Shown: in pieces, positions 1-9,761 of the stretch | How positions within the stretch are numbered: the stretch's first letter is position 1 | Layout of the letters: each line of letters starts with the position of its first letter | Virus record (IMG/VR): IMGVR_UViG_3300042892_002174 | Location: 4,331-68,330 of that record | Direction: 5' to 3' (one strand) | Origin: a virus | Length of the DNA: 64,000 nucleotides | Made by a program: the position numbers and the translations under genes | The notes under the pieces: generated by a model | The model's database searches: none | The model's input: the letters and a program-made list of their open reading frames with translations, nothing else | What the model was told of the DNA's origin: nothing

Positions 1-198
1 TCCACCTGGCCGGTTTTCGATTATAACTGGAACTTTCCATTTTTCACTCAATACTTCGGCCAGTTTCCTAGCAGTGGTGTCTGGTCCAGACCCAACAGGC
101 AATGACGTGATTATTCTAACAGTTTTGTTTGGAAAATTAGCAAATGCATTACTAGCAAACAACATTGCAACCATTATGGCTGCGACAATTTTTTTCAT
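1..198 (-). CDS. Bug/TctC-family tripartite tricarboxylate transporter solute-binding protein (5' part; runs off the window edge)
   Basis: Not in the ORF track; read by hand as MKKIVAAIMVAMLFASNAFANFPNKTVRIITSLPVGSGPDTTARKLAEVLSEKWKVPVIIENRPGG. Signal peptide plus the Bug N-terminal pattern FP.K.VR....P.G...D..AR....ENRPG. ATG overlaps the TGA of the upstream ORF (ATGA). Confidence 0.85.
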   Translation of the reverse strand, partial: MKKIVAAIMVAMLFASNAFANFPNKTVRIITSLPVGSGPDTTARKLAEVLSEKWKVPVIIENRPGG

Positions 199-1697
199 TT
201 TGAATCTCCGTTTAAGTTAAGTGTTTTGCGACAGTAGTCTCTGAGCAGGTCCTGGTCAATTTTTCTTGCACCAAAAAACATAGTGTAGTCGCGATTTGTA
301 ATTATGTACGAAGGTGTTAGGCCATCATATTTGTTTTTTAGATGTTTGATAAACTTCTGAGTAGCGTCAGGGTTTGGCAGCCAAACTGCCAAATATAATT
401 TTTGCATTTCAGAGTCAATTACAGCAGTGGCATTGACTCTTCCGTTACTGATGCCAAAATGCTCATTGACTTCTTTTTCAAGAGCTTGTATCTCTATCCA
501 AGTGTATCCAATTCTATACAAATCTGCTCGACCATGGAAATAGTAATTGTTGTTCGCTAGTGTAAAGTTGTCACCAGAGCTTTTCCAGTCTTGATCTATA
601 CTAGGAATGGACACATCAAGTTTACCATCGGTGATTCTAAGATTGTAAAAGTCATCCATCTGAGGTCCCATATTATTGATCTCATACGCGGCAAGGTCTA
701 CATCTTTAGACACAGTTTTTAAAAGAATAGCTGATCCAATAGTACTCTCTCCATAGGTTGATCGTATTACTGCAACGTTTTTTTCTTTTTGCAATTTTAT
801 AATTTCAGGAGTGATTTGATACAAAGTTAACAATTCAAGTTTGTAATCTACCGGTGGCAACAGTTGTAAAAACTCAGTTAAAAACTCAGTTGTGTAAAGA
901 AACAACTGGTTGGGTTTCTCTCGAACAGCAAACTTGACTAAATTTTCTATACTGGCAGCTGGATCAGCTGCTGACCATATCTTTGTCAAATGATCGTTGC
1001 AGGCCATAAAGCTCGGAAGAAAAAACAGAACAACACTAGAACCATGATGGATATTTTTTGTATGACAAATTCGGTCAGATTTTTCAAAATTTAACAGTTG
1101 AGTCATCCGTTTACTCATACCATAAATTTTGTAATGTGACTCAATGACTTTTTTTGGTATTCCGGTTGTACCGCTACTGCTTGTGCAAATCAGCGGCATG
1201 TCAGGAGTACACCATATGGCATTCGCAATTGTGTTAAACGAACTATGATCCTTGACAGTATAGTGATCAAATTCTTCAGCAGGATTAATTACATGTGTGG
1301 CAATATGATTGAACCGAATTTTATTCCAGTGGTCGTCCTGACGTTGTGAATTAGCAAACCAAAAATCAATCTTGCCGTGCATGTTCAATCGATAATTGGT
1401 CTTTATATTGGTAAACGTAGTGACGTTTGGTAAATCAATCACTATTGCCAGTCCCAATTCGCATATGGCAAAAAACAAACTGTAATAGTATATGTCTTGT
1501 TTTCCCAAATCAATGTAACAAGTTTGCCCAGCTGAAACTTGATATTTTTCAACCAGCATTACTTTCCAGTAATTGATCATGTCGCACAACTGATCGTAGT
1601 TGACAGCATGGTCAAGCTGTTGCTCATCGTTATGCTGATAAATTATCAAGTCCTTGTTGAGACAATGTCTGGTAATAATATTTTTAATTTGTGTCAT
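195..1697 (-). CDS. ANL-superfamily adenylate-forming enzyme (acyl-CoA synthetase-like), divergent
   Basis: P-loop TSSSGTTGIPK, TYGES, SGDNF and GRAD motifs in the expected order. Confidence 0.75.
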   Translation of the reverse strand: MTQIKNIITRHCLNKDLIIYQHNDEQQLDHAVNYDQLCDMINYWKVMLVEKYQVSAGQTCYIDLGKQDIYYYSLFFAICELGLAIVIDLPNVTTFTNIKTNYRLNMHGKIDFWFANSQRQDDHWNKIRFNHIATHVINPAEEFDHYTVKDHSSFNTIANAIWCTPDMPLICTSSSGTTGIPKKVIESHYKIYGMSKRMTQLLNFEKSDRICHTKNIHHGSSVVLFFLPSFMACNDHLTKIWSAADPAASIENLVKFAVREKPNQLFLYTTEFLTEFLQLLPPVDYKLELLTLYQITPEIIKLQKEKNVAVIRSTYGESTIGSAILLKTVSKDVDLAAYEINNMGPQMDDFYNLRITDGKLDVSIPSIDQDWKSSGDNFTLANNNYYFHGRADLYRIGYTWIEIQALEKEVNEHFGISNGRVNATAVIDSEMQKLYLAVWLPNPDATQKFIKHLKNKYDGLTPSYIITNRDYTMFFGARKIDQDLLRDYCRKTLNLNGDSK

Positions 1698-2400
1698 GTG
1701 TTAAGATATAATCTGCAATAGCCCGGTGTCCTTGATCTAGTAAATGTCCAGTTGCACCAACTGGGTAATCTTGATTGAGTTTGGTAATGCACCAAGATCC
1801 CCATCCGATAAATTTTTTAAAATTAATTTTTTGAATCAAGTTTTGAATCTCAACATGCTCATCATACAGTTGTTGATCGTTCATGAGATCAAAACACAAT
1901 AAGGATTTTACACTAGAGTTAAAATCCTGCCAGGGAACAGTCCAATGGTCAAGATTGTTGTGATTTGCATTGACCATGATGTAAGATTTGTTTTCTGACT
2001 CAAATAATCGTTGCAACAGAACAATATTTTGCAACCAAATTTTGAATGCATACAGTTCATTGTGCCAGAAGGTGTAGTGCAATCGACTGTAATTTTTAAA
2101 CTCTTGACTGTTTCCATACAGGCTGTGTTTGAGGCCAAGATTGAAATTTACTTCGTGGTTGTTGTCTGCTCGATATCTTGTAAAACGAGTTACATAAGTC
2201 CAAGCAATATAAAACTTGTCAAAGTCATGAATATTTTTTACAGTTTGATACATGATTCGATCGTTTGTTCCGCCGCTAATGCTGTGGTTTAACAACTCAC
2301 AATCTAACTGTTTTGCAATCAAAATGGGCCATGCTTGAGAAACTGGATCGGACAGATCATCTCCCCAAGTATGACTACATCCATTAAAATACAATTTCAT
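1684..2400 (-). CDS. SGNH/GDSL-like hydrolase or acyltransferase
   Basis: N-terminal FNGCSHTWG, SGGTNDRI and C-terminal GHLLDQGH; start and stop overlap both neighbours. Confidence 0.6.
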   Translation of the reverse strand: MKLYFNGCSHTWGDDLSDPVSQAWPILIAKQLDCELLNHSISGGTNDRIMYQTVKNIHDFDKFYIAWTYVTRFTRYRADNNHEVNFNLGLKHSLYGNSQEFKNYSRLHYTFWHNELYAFKIWLQNIVLLQRLFESENKSYIMVNANHNNLDHWTVPWQDFNSSVKSLLCFDLMNDQQLYDEHVEIQNLIQKINFKKFIGWGSWCITKLNQDYPVGATGHLLDQGHRAIADYILTHDTN

Positions 2401-3413
2401 AAGTTTTGATAAATCTTCAACAGTAGTTTGTTGTCGTAGAATTCTGACTCAATGTTTGTGAGTTGGTCTGTAACAATTTGGTCCACTGACTCAAATTTGA
2501 TCTCACCTGGCGCCATGTCTGTGTCTACATCTGAGTTTTTGTTTGGTATCAGACTCATCTCACGCAGGTCATAGTCTTTCACAAATGTTTCTTTGATGAA
2601 ATTGGCTTCTTCATATGAAATCTCAATGTCTAGTCCAACACGCACATGCATCTTGGGCTTAAGAAGAGCTGGAGCGTTATCAATAAGGTTGGCGAGTCCG
2701 TAGACCCTGTAGGTCGGTTGAGCAGGCCAAGCATGAAACTCAGGCGCTGCTCCCCACTCCAGTACAGTAAGTCCTCGTTCGTCGTCACCAGCATCTGCAT
2801 AATTGTGAGGGAACGCATTACCGATGTAGGTAATATTTTTCTTAGTCTGTCGCTTGTGAAAGTGTCCGGTGAATACATGTTCAAAATTCTCAAAGTCTTC
2901 TCTTCGTACTTCTCCATGATCCGGCATTTCTACCATGGCATTCATCAAGTAGCCAGGCAGTTCAAAGTGCCCAAACATGTACTTGCCAGTCAGTTTAGGT
3001 ATCCTCTTATGATCATCCCCGCAAAGCCAAGGAGCAATAACGACGTCACCGCTACTAAACCAATCGTTACATATTTCCACATTGGGGAGATGGCGTGCCC
3101 ACTCCACGCTTTGAATATCACGCTTGTCGCGATAATAAAGATCGTGATTCCCAGGTATAAAATACACGCGGTCAAAATTAGCATTCAGGTGCTCCAGTGA
3201 TCGAAGGCTGTAGTTTAGGGTGACAATGTTTAGGCTGGCTCGATTGTTGTGCCAGTCGCCAAGAAACATGGCAGTTTCGCAACCCTCTTCTTTTGCTTTG
3301 GCAGTGGCCCATTTTACAAAAGCCAAACAATCTTCATTGTGCAAGGTTGAATTGGATTTGAGTCCAAAGTGTATGTCAGTGAAGATTGCGGCTTTGCGGA
3401 ATAGATTAGTCAT
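2397..3413 (-). CDS. Mre11/SbcD-like recombination endonuclease subunit (T4 gp47-like)
   Basis: Metallophosphoesterase motifs TDIHFG, LGDWHNNR, PGNHD, GHFE, GHFH. Confidence 0.9.
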   Translation of the reverse strand: MTNLFRKAAIFTDIHFGLKSNSTLHNEDCLAFVKWATAKAKEEGCETAMFLGDWHNNRASLNIVTLNYSLRSLEHLNANFDRVYFIPGNHDLYYRDKRDIQSVEWARHLPNVEICNDWFSSGDVVIAPWLCGDDHKRIPKLTGKYMFGHFELPGYLMNAMVEMPDHGEVRREDFENFEHVFTGHFHKRQTKKNITYIGNAFPHNYADAGDDERGLTVLEWGAAPEFHAWPAQPTYRVYGLANLIDNAPALLKPKMHVRVGLDIEISYEEANFIKETFVKDYDLREMSLIPNKNSDVDTDMAPGEIKFESVDQIVTDQLTNIESEFYDNKLLLKIYQNL

Positions 3414-3419
3414 CCTGCT

Positions 3420-3448
3420 AGTATACTACTCATCCAGGCTAGACACAA
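3420..3448 (-). promoter_or_regulatory. Putative sigma70-type promoter giving a near-leaderless transcript of the gp47-like gene
   Basis: Minus strand TTGTGT-N17-TATACT, then 6 nt to the ATG at 3413. Confidence 0.4.
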
Positions 3449-4322
3449 CCGGTCCGGACATGGCAGCCATGCCAGCTTTGCCGGAGTTCTGTCTAGTCCA
3501 TGATGGGTTCAAGCCGTTCATCTCCAGGATGTCATCTCTGATATTTTGATTTTTCTTTTCAATGTTCAAGATACGAGTAAAGCTATTAGTGATAGCGGCA
3601 GTATAATACGCAAAAGGGTTCTGCGATTTTGACTCGTCAAATTGCAGTCCAATTTGACTGAGTTGTAACAGGGCTTGTCCCCGCATTTCTTCGTTGTATG
3701 TGTATCCACGCCAGTTACTCCTTGTAGCATATCTTTCGCATAATTTCATAAACATCATGGCTAACTTGCGAGTCATGTTGCCGTGATCTTTTGAAAACTC
3801 GCCAGTTTCTAAATCACCTTTCCAGTGACTACGGCCCACAAGGTACGGCTTCTTTTCTTCGTCCAGTCTATACTGTTCAAACGGTGGAAAGTTCACTCGC
3901 ACATGATTTAGATCCAGCACAGGCACGTCTACAATATCTGCCAAGGGATCTTCTGCCACATCATCCAGTTCAAAAATGTCTTCTAGCTTTTTACGCTTGG
4001 CTTCGGCCTTGGTAATTTTTTTAGGTGCTTTGGGAATGTGATCCCAACAGGTGATGCGGAAAACTAAATCAGTGTTGGGGATTTTCTTTTGATCAATCAC
4101 TTCGCCTGTTTCGCGTTTGATACGATCAGCACGATTTTTTCTTGCTTCAACCACTGTGCGTTGATTGATTTTGTCTAGGCTGGGCAGGATCAAATCAAAT
4201 TGGTGATCCTGCACAGGATCGCGATACCAGCAATAGGTGTTCTTGCTGTGGTGTATTTCTTTCAAAATATCACGGTTGTTGAGGTAATTGACACGAGGTG
4301 CCGCTTTTGGTAATAGAGTCAT
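3426..4322 (-). CDS. Late-transcription sigma factor (T4 gp55-like)
   Basis: NYLNNRD N-terminus and RSNWRGYTYNEEM...FDESKSQNPFAYYT..ITNSFTRI signature; adjacent to gp47-like gene as in T4-like phages. Confidence 0.8.
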   Translation of the reverse strand: MTLLPKAAPRVNYLNNRDILKEIHHSKNTYCWYRDPVQDHQFDLILPSLDKINQRTVVEARKNRADRIKRETGEVIDQKKIPNTDLVFRITCWDHIPKAPKKITKAEAKRKKLEDIFELDDVAEDPLADIVDVPVLDLNHVRVNFPPFEQYRLDEEKKPYLVGRSHWKGDLETGEFSKDHGNMTRKLAMMFMKLCERYATRSNWRGYTYNEEMRGQALLQLSQIGLQFDESKSQNPFAYYTAAITNSFTRILNIEKKNQNIRDDILEMNGLNPSWTRQNSGKAGMAAMSGPVVSSLDE

Positions 4323-4347
4323 AGTATGACAAGGTCTCCTTACTAGG

Positions 4348-4375
4348 ATTGTAGCATATTTACAACAATTGTCAA
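4348..4375 (-). promoter_or_regulatory. sigma70-type promoter for the gp55-like gene
   Basis: Minus strand TTGACA-N16-TACAAT with extended -10 TGn, followed by an AAGGAG Shine-Dalgarno. Confidence 0.65.
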
Positions 4376-4390
4376 CCTCTTGTTAAACTG

Positions 4391-4414
4391 CGCCGTTTTT
4401 ATCAGCGGTAAATA
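4391..4414 (+). promoter_or_regulatory. Putative late promoter (TAAATA) with upstream CGCCGTTTTT element
   Basis: CGCCGTTTTT-N8-TAAATA before the first structural gene; same motif and spacing recur at 13286-13309. Confidence 0.55.
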
Positions 4415-4431
4415 AGCTACAGGAAACAGAT

Positions 4432-6603
4432 ATGGCCTACGATCCAAAAAAAGCAGCACTATTCAATCAACTTCGACAACAAGGACTGAGCGAAGATGCC
4501 GCTGCCGCCCAGGCAGGAATACCATTGGGAGACGGAAATTATGTAATCAGTGGAAAATTTAATGCTGACGGAACAAGGAATCCAAACCCTGGTACCATGG
4601 GCGCTGACGTACAAGGATCCGGCAAAGTTGCCGGTCGTGATTTTGATGTAATAAGCGCAGCCGACCAGGCAGAAAGTGCTAGGTTTGACCAAGGACTTCA
4701 AAGTTCACCAAACTTTGAACAAGTTGATTTTCAGGTAGAAGCCAAAAATCCACCTGGCAAAGTAACACCAATTAACTACAACACTACCAGTACAGAAACT
4801 GTGAGTGGTGGCGGATCCACTGCCACAGTGTCCGGACCCAGAGTTCCTACTGCAACTAGCCAGGCGATTGGCACAGCATTTAATGCAAAACAAGCTGAAA
4901 TCGATCAGTTCCAAAAAGACAATCCCAGCGACTGGCTTAGAGAACGAAAAGGCTTACCACCATTGTCAGAGGCAGAAAAAGATCAAAGAGACGCCAAATT
5001 ACTTGAGCTTACAAAAGAACGCGGCGCACTTAAAAATCAGCAAATTGATGCTGAACGAGCAACGCCAGGAACAGTCACCACAGTTCCAAACACCACAACT
5101 ACCACAACCACAACCACAACAGGAACTGCCGCAGTAAATACCGATGTGCCATCACCTGGCGGAGCAGATCCTGCTATAAATCAACAGACTGAAGTACAAC
5201 TTGGAACTGCTGTTGGTGCTTCAAACATTAGGTCAGCGCCTGCCAATGTTGAGACCAATGAAAGCGTAAGCACTCCGCCGCCAACTGAAGTTGCAGAATC
5301 AGTATTTGATCCCGATGGGATTGATGCAAGATTAGAAGCAGAACAGGCACGAATACGTGAAGAAGAAGGTGCAGCAATATTTGCACCTAATCCTGTATTG
5401 GGCTCAGGCGATGAAGCAATAGATGCAGCCAACGAAGCTGAACTAGCACAACTGCGTGAAGCAGAAGGTGCAGCAATATTTGCACCTAATCCTGTGTTGG
5501 GCTCAGGCGATGAAGCACTAGATGCAGCCAACGAAGCTGAACTGGCACAACTGCGTGAAGCAGAAGGTCGTGCAATTTTTAGCCCAGCACCTGTACCCCC
5601 AAGTCAAGCAGGTCCAATTGGTGTGGCCTATGATGATGACGGCAATCTCATGCCTGGGTACACATTAGATGAAGATAACAATCCTGTGTTTGTGGGCGGC
5701 GACTTTGTGGAACCAGCCACAGCAGCCAGTGCCGAAGCTTCACGAACTGCTGCCGCAACAAATCGAGCACAAAATCAAAGCACACTGCAAACTCGCCAAT
5801 CAGCACCTGCTGCGGCTGATTGGCGTGTGCGATTGAGATTAGCACCAAATGCTGACTATTTGTACAAGGTATCTGGCAACCCAGGAATACTTGCACCCCT
5901 GGCTGCTACTGATGGTGTGATATTTCCTTACACACCAACCATTGAAACCAGTTATCAAGCCAAGTATGACAGTTATGATCTAACACATTCTAACTATCGT
6001 GGATATTTTTACAAAAACAGCATGGTAGAGAATATCAGTATCAAAGGAACATTTACTGCACAAGACACCAAAGAAGCACAATATTTGTTGGCAGTAATTC
6101 ACTTTTTTAAATCTGTTACAAAAATGTTTTACGGACAAGATGCACAAGCAGGCACGCCACCACCGCTGGTGTATCTCAGTGGATTTGGAAAATATCAGTT
6201 TAACGAAAGTCCTTGTGTGGTAACCAATTTTGGATACAGCCTGCCCAATGATGTGGATTACATACGTGCCGACGGATTTAACAACATTGGATTGAACATG
6301 GAAAATCGCAGATCTCAATCATCAGGTCCGGCTCCTGGCGGCAGTTTAGGCACTGTTATTGCCATCATTGACAGACTGTCTAATGCAGGATTGAAAAACG
6401 GTAGTTTAAGTAACCGACCCTCACCAGGACAGGTAAATCAAAATGTTAGCAATCAGACTTCTATCAACAGCACATATGTGCCTACCAAAATGGAAATTTC
6501 ATTGACCCTGTTGCCCATGCAAACACGCAATCAAGTTAGCAAACAGTTCAGTTTGAAATCATTTGCCAATGGTTCGTTATTGGCCGGTGGAGGGTTCTGG
6601 TAA
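4432..6603 (+). CDS. Baseplate/tail-tube-initiator-like structural protein with a low-complexity N-terminal half
   Basis: C-terminal DWRVRL...GVIFPYTPTI...LTHSNY...GTPPPLVYLSGFG domain typical of tube-initiator/cap-like proteins; first gene of the baseplate block. Confidence 0.55.
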   Translation: MAYDPKKAALFNQLRQQGLSEDAAAAQAGIPLGDGNYVISGKFNADGTRNPNPGTMGADVQGSGKVAGRDFDVISAADQAESARFDQGLQSSPNFEQVDFQVEAKNPPGKVTPINYNTTSTETVSGGGSTATVSGPRVPTATSQAIGTAFNAKQAEIDQFQKDNPSDWLRERKGLPPLSEAEKDQRDAKLLELTKERGALKNQQIDAERATPGTVTTVPNTTTTTTTTTTGTAAVNTDVPSPGGADPAINQQTEVQLGTAVGASNIRSAPANVETNESVSTPPPTEVAESVFDPDGIDARLEAEQARIREEEGAAIFAPNPVLGSGDEAIDAANEAELAQLREAEGAAIFAPNPVLGSGDEALDAANEAELAQLREAEGRAIFSPAPVPPSQAGPIGVAYDDDGNLMPGYTLDEDNNPVFVGGDFVEPATAASAEASRTAAATNRAQNQSTLQTRQSAPAAADWRVRLRLAPNADYLYKVSGNPGILAPLAATDGVIFPYTPTIETSYQAKYDSYDLTHSNYRGYFYKNSMVENISIKGTFTAQDTKEAQYLLAVIHFFKSVTKMFYGQDAQAGTPPPLVYLSGFGKYQFNESPCVVTNFGYSLPNDVDYIRADGFNNIGLNMENRRSQSSGPAPGGSLGTVIAIIDRLSNAGLKNGSLSNRPSPGQVNQNVSNQTSINSTYVPTKMEISLTLLPMQTRNQVSKQFSLKSFANGSLLAGGGFW
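5365..5580 (+). repeat. 99-bp in-frame tandem repeat, about 2.2 copies (EGAAIFAPNPVLGSGDEAIDAANEAELAQLREA)
   Basis: GAAGGT unit starts at 5365, 5464 and 5563; first two copies nearly identical. Confidence 0.95.
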
Positions 6604-6905
6604 TGGCTGCAACTTACACAAGTACCAGTCCGTACTTTCAAACTGGCTACGATCAGTTTTATTTGGATGTCATGGTCAATCGACCTATTCCCAAAGAAAG
6701 TGATGACAAGCTATGGATTATAAATGTCACATACCAATATCGTCCAGACTTGTTGGCATACGACTTGTATGGTGACGCTGGATTGTGGTGGGTATTTTAT
6801 CAACGCAATCCAAACACTCTTACTGCACCTCCGTTGGATTTCAAAGCAGACACTAGAATTTACATTCCAAAGATCACCACACTTCAATCAGTACTGGGGT
6901 TCTAA
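6603..6905 (+). CDS. Baseplate wedge protein (T4 gp53-like, LysM-related)
   Basis: YRPDLLAYDLYGDAGLWWVF motif; size and position. Confidence 0.75.
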   Translation: MAATYTSTSPYFQTGYDQFYLDVMVNRPIPKESDDKLWIINVTYQYRPDLLAYDLYGDAGLWWVFYQRNPNTLTAPPLDFKADTRIYIPKITTLQSVLGF

Positions 6906-6908
6906 CCA

Positions 6909-9752
6909 ATGGCTGAACCAATAATTACTCCTACTACCAATGCAGGTGACGGTGACCAAGGCACTGATGCTCCTACGCGATCATTCACACAAACACAATC
7001 AACATCAGATTACGAAACTGGGTTTGAAGGCAGCATTAGGCAAGATCCTGGTGCCAATGATGATACCGGTGGGGCTAGTCAAGGAGCTATCCCGCCAACT
7101 AGTACTGGTGTTGGACAATATGATGACGCAACAGGTGGTGCTGGTACCAATGTCAATCAGACCGCAGATGATGATGCTGGATCATCATATGGTGGTGCCA
7201 GTCAAACAGAAAATGATGCGTTAAATCAAGCATTACTTCAACAAAGAACACAAACTGGAAGTATTGCTACTGATGGTAGCAATCAGATAATCACGCCTCA
7301 AGCTAATGTTTTAGACCAGTTTTCCAGTTATACCTACAGAGCCAGTTGGTATCTAATGACACCGGCACAATACAAGCAACTGGTGTACAGCAAGAAAAAA
7401 ACAGTTAACGGTTACATGTTGTTGGTGCAAAGTGGCGGTGCACCACAAAACTCAGGCGGCTTCAAAGGTGCATCCGGCACACAACAAGGACAAGCATTTG
7501 TTGACGGATCAGTTGAACCCAACAAAGTTCCAGGAGCCAACGATGCTGACGCGGGCCGCAACCCAGCGTTTCCTTTGGATTTTTACATTGACAGTATTAC
7601 CATTGAAAACTTTCTCACAGGCGGCGGCACCCGAGCACCACATGCAAACAAAGCTATTAGATTTACTGTGATAGAAAACAACGGCATTACCTTGTTGGAT
7701 AGACTGTACGAAGCAGTACAGGACTTCATGCCAGCAAGTGGTCAAAAAAATGGCATCAACTATTCTTCTGTAGTGTATCTCATGGTCATAAGATTTTATG
7801 GTTATGACGAGCAGGGCAATTTGGTCACTCGTATTGGCGGCAACAAGTCTGATCCCAATTCAGTGATTGAAAAGTTCATACCATTTAAAATTTCCAAATG
7901 CGATTGGACTATTGACAGCAAGTTGGTCACATACAGTTTTGAAGGACTGTCTCCGGGTGAAGGATCTGCTGCTGGAACTCGTCGTGGAACCATACCTTAT
8001 AACATTGAATTGACTGCTTCTACCATTGGACAGTTGTTGGGACAAGACGTAATATACTCCTCAACTCAAGCAGCCACGGCTGCTCCTGGCACAGCAACCA
8101 CTAGCGTGTCATCAGCGCAGGCCGAACGTGATGATGCGGCAGCAGTAGATGCGGCCGCTGCTGCCCCGCCAAAAGCTGACGCAGCCCCCACAACAAAAAA
8201 GAGCATCACTCAAGGACTCATGGGTGCAATGAATCAATTTCAACAAGACCTAGTCAAGCAAGGTGTGTATGAACAAGCAGATCAGTATGAGATTGTGTTT
8301 GCCAATCCCGGCCCAGGCGGTGGCGGCAACGCAATTAAAAACGCTAGATTGATCCCGCCAGGGAAAAAAACAAATGCAAGCCAAACTGCAATGGTGCAAC
8401 CTGCTACCGCTGATCCAGATTCAGCTGCCATGGAGAGAATTTCCAAAGATATCAAAAGTAGAAATTACTCTATCACTGCTGGTATGCAATTGGTTCAAGC
8501 CATTGAACTTGCCATAAGAAACAGCACGTTTGTTACAGGCCAAAACACTTTGTTCTTTGACGAAAACGATGCATTGCAAGTCAAAGATGACGTTAATAAA
8601 AAAGACGTTGTGTGGTTTAACATTACTTTTCAGTCAGTGCAATTAGAGTATGATAACAAACGCAATGATTTTGCACATAAAATAACGTTTATAATCAACA
8701 CATACACTCCCATGAACTTTAACAGCAGTTACTATCCTATCAACAAGTTCCGTGGCTTACACAAACAATACAACTATTGGTTTACTGGTAAAAATACTGC
8801 GGTGATTGATTACAAAGAAACCATGAACAATCTCTACAATCTAACCATCAGTGGAGATCAAACCAAAGGCAATCTTGCGTTTCAACAACGCAAGGCCTTT
8901 ACCAGCAGCATGAGAGATCAGCCATTTTTAACATTCCAAACTGCCAGCACAGAAAACAGTGCTGGTGACAATGGCAAACAAAACGAACCACAGGCTAACT
9001 TGGCTGAGAGCTTGTATGATCCAGTTGGCCTGGCCAACTGTAATCTTAAAATTGTAGGAGATCCTGCGTGGATACAGCAAGGTAGTTTTGCTGGTGGAGT
9101 CAGCGCAAAAGAATTTGACTTCAATGCATTCTTACCTGACGGCACTATAAATTTTGATGCTAGAGAAGTCATGTTTGAGATAGCATGGCAACGACCACAA
9201 GACTATGACATCAATACAGGTCTAGCTGATCCTTATGCTGGATCTAGCAAACGACAACCAGCGCAAAGCCGAGTATACACTGCCATGCAGTGTACCAGTG
9301 AATTCCGGCAAGGTAGTTTTTATCAAAATCTTCAAGGCAAGCTGTACTTCTTTATGAAACCCAATGCTTCTAACAAAGCAGCCACAGCACCACCTCCTGC
9401 AACGCAAGCTGATGTGAGAAGAATAGACAATGCAACAACGTCAGACAACCCTAGTGCTGCTAACGCTTCAGCAGCCGAAGCTGGCGCTAGCGGAAGACCC
9501 ACAACACTGGCTGAGCCGGCCTTGAGTACTGGACCAGGTAGCGGCACACCAAATGTAATAAATTCAGCGCCACCGGGACCAAAAGACACAACAGTTCCTG
9601 CACAGCCGCCGCAGCCGCCAACGTCGGGCTCAGGAGAAAATTTAGACGTGCCAGATCCGTTTGTGCCACCGGGCACGCTGAGTGGTAGAGTCACAGCAGA
9701 TGGTCTTGACAATTCGCCATCTGCGCCACAAGACCTAGTAAGAGACTTTTAA
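6909..9752 (+). CDS. Putative baseplate hub protein
   Basis: 947-aa ORF between gp53-like and gp5-like genes; LKIVGDP motif near the C-terminus as in hub proteins; low-complexity termini. Confidence 0.5.
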   Translation: MAEPIITPTTNAGDGDQGTDAPTRSFTQTQSTSDYETGFEGSIRQDPGANDDTGGASQGAIPPTSTGVGQYDDATGGAGTNVNQTADDDAGSSYGGASQTENDALNQALLQQRTQTGSIATDGSNQIITPQANVLDQFSSYTYRASWYLMTPAQYKQLVYSKKKTVNGYMLLVQSGGAPQNSGGFKGASGTQQGQAFVDGSVEPNKVPGANDADAGRNPAFPLDFYIDSITIENFLTGGGTRAPHANKAIRFTVIENNGITLLDRLYEAVQDFMPASGQKNGINYSSVVYLMVIRFYGYDEQGNLVTRIGGNKSDPNSVIEKFIPFKISKCDWTIDSKLVTYSFEGLSPGEGSAAGTRRGTIPYNIELTASTIGQLLGQDVIYSSTQAATAAPGTATTSVSSAQAERDDAAAVDAAAAAPPKADAAPTTKKSITQGLMGAMNQFQQDLVKQGVYEQADQYEIVFANPGPGGGGNAIKNARLIPPGKKTNASQTAMVQPATADPDSAAMERISKDIKSRNYSITAGMQLVQAIELAIRNSTFVTGQNTLFFDENDALQVKDDVNKKDVVWFNITFQSVQLEYDNKRNDFAHKITFIINTYTPMNFNSSYYPINKFRGLHKQYNYWFTGKNTAVIDYKETMNNLYNLTISGDQTKGNLAFQQRKAFTSSMRDQPFLTFQTASTENSAGDNGKQNEPQANLAESLYDPVGLANCNLKIVGDPAWIQQGSFAGGVSAKEFDFNAFLPDGTINFDAREVMFEIAWQRPQDYDINTGLADPYAGSSKRQPAQSRVYTAMQCTSEFRQGSFYQNLQGKLYFFMKPNASNKAATAPPPATQADVRRIDNATTSDNPSAANASAAEAGASGRPTTLAEPALSTGPGSGTPNVINSAPPGPKDTTVPAQPPQPPTSGSGENLDVPDPFVPPGTLSGRVTADGLDNSPSAPQDLVRDF

Positions 9753-9761
9753 GGATAACAC

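Noticed and set aside
5365-5580. 99-bp repeats as a CRISPR array
   Set aside because: Units are contiguous, in frame within a CDS, with no unique spacers and no cas genes.
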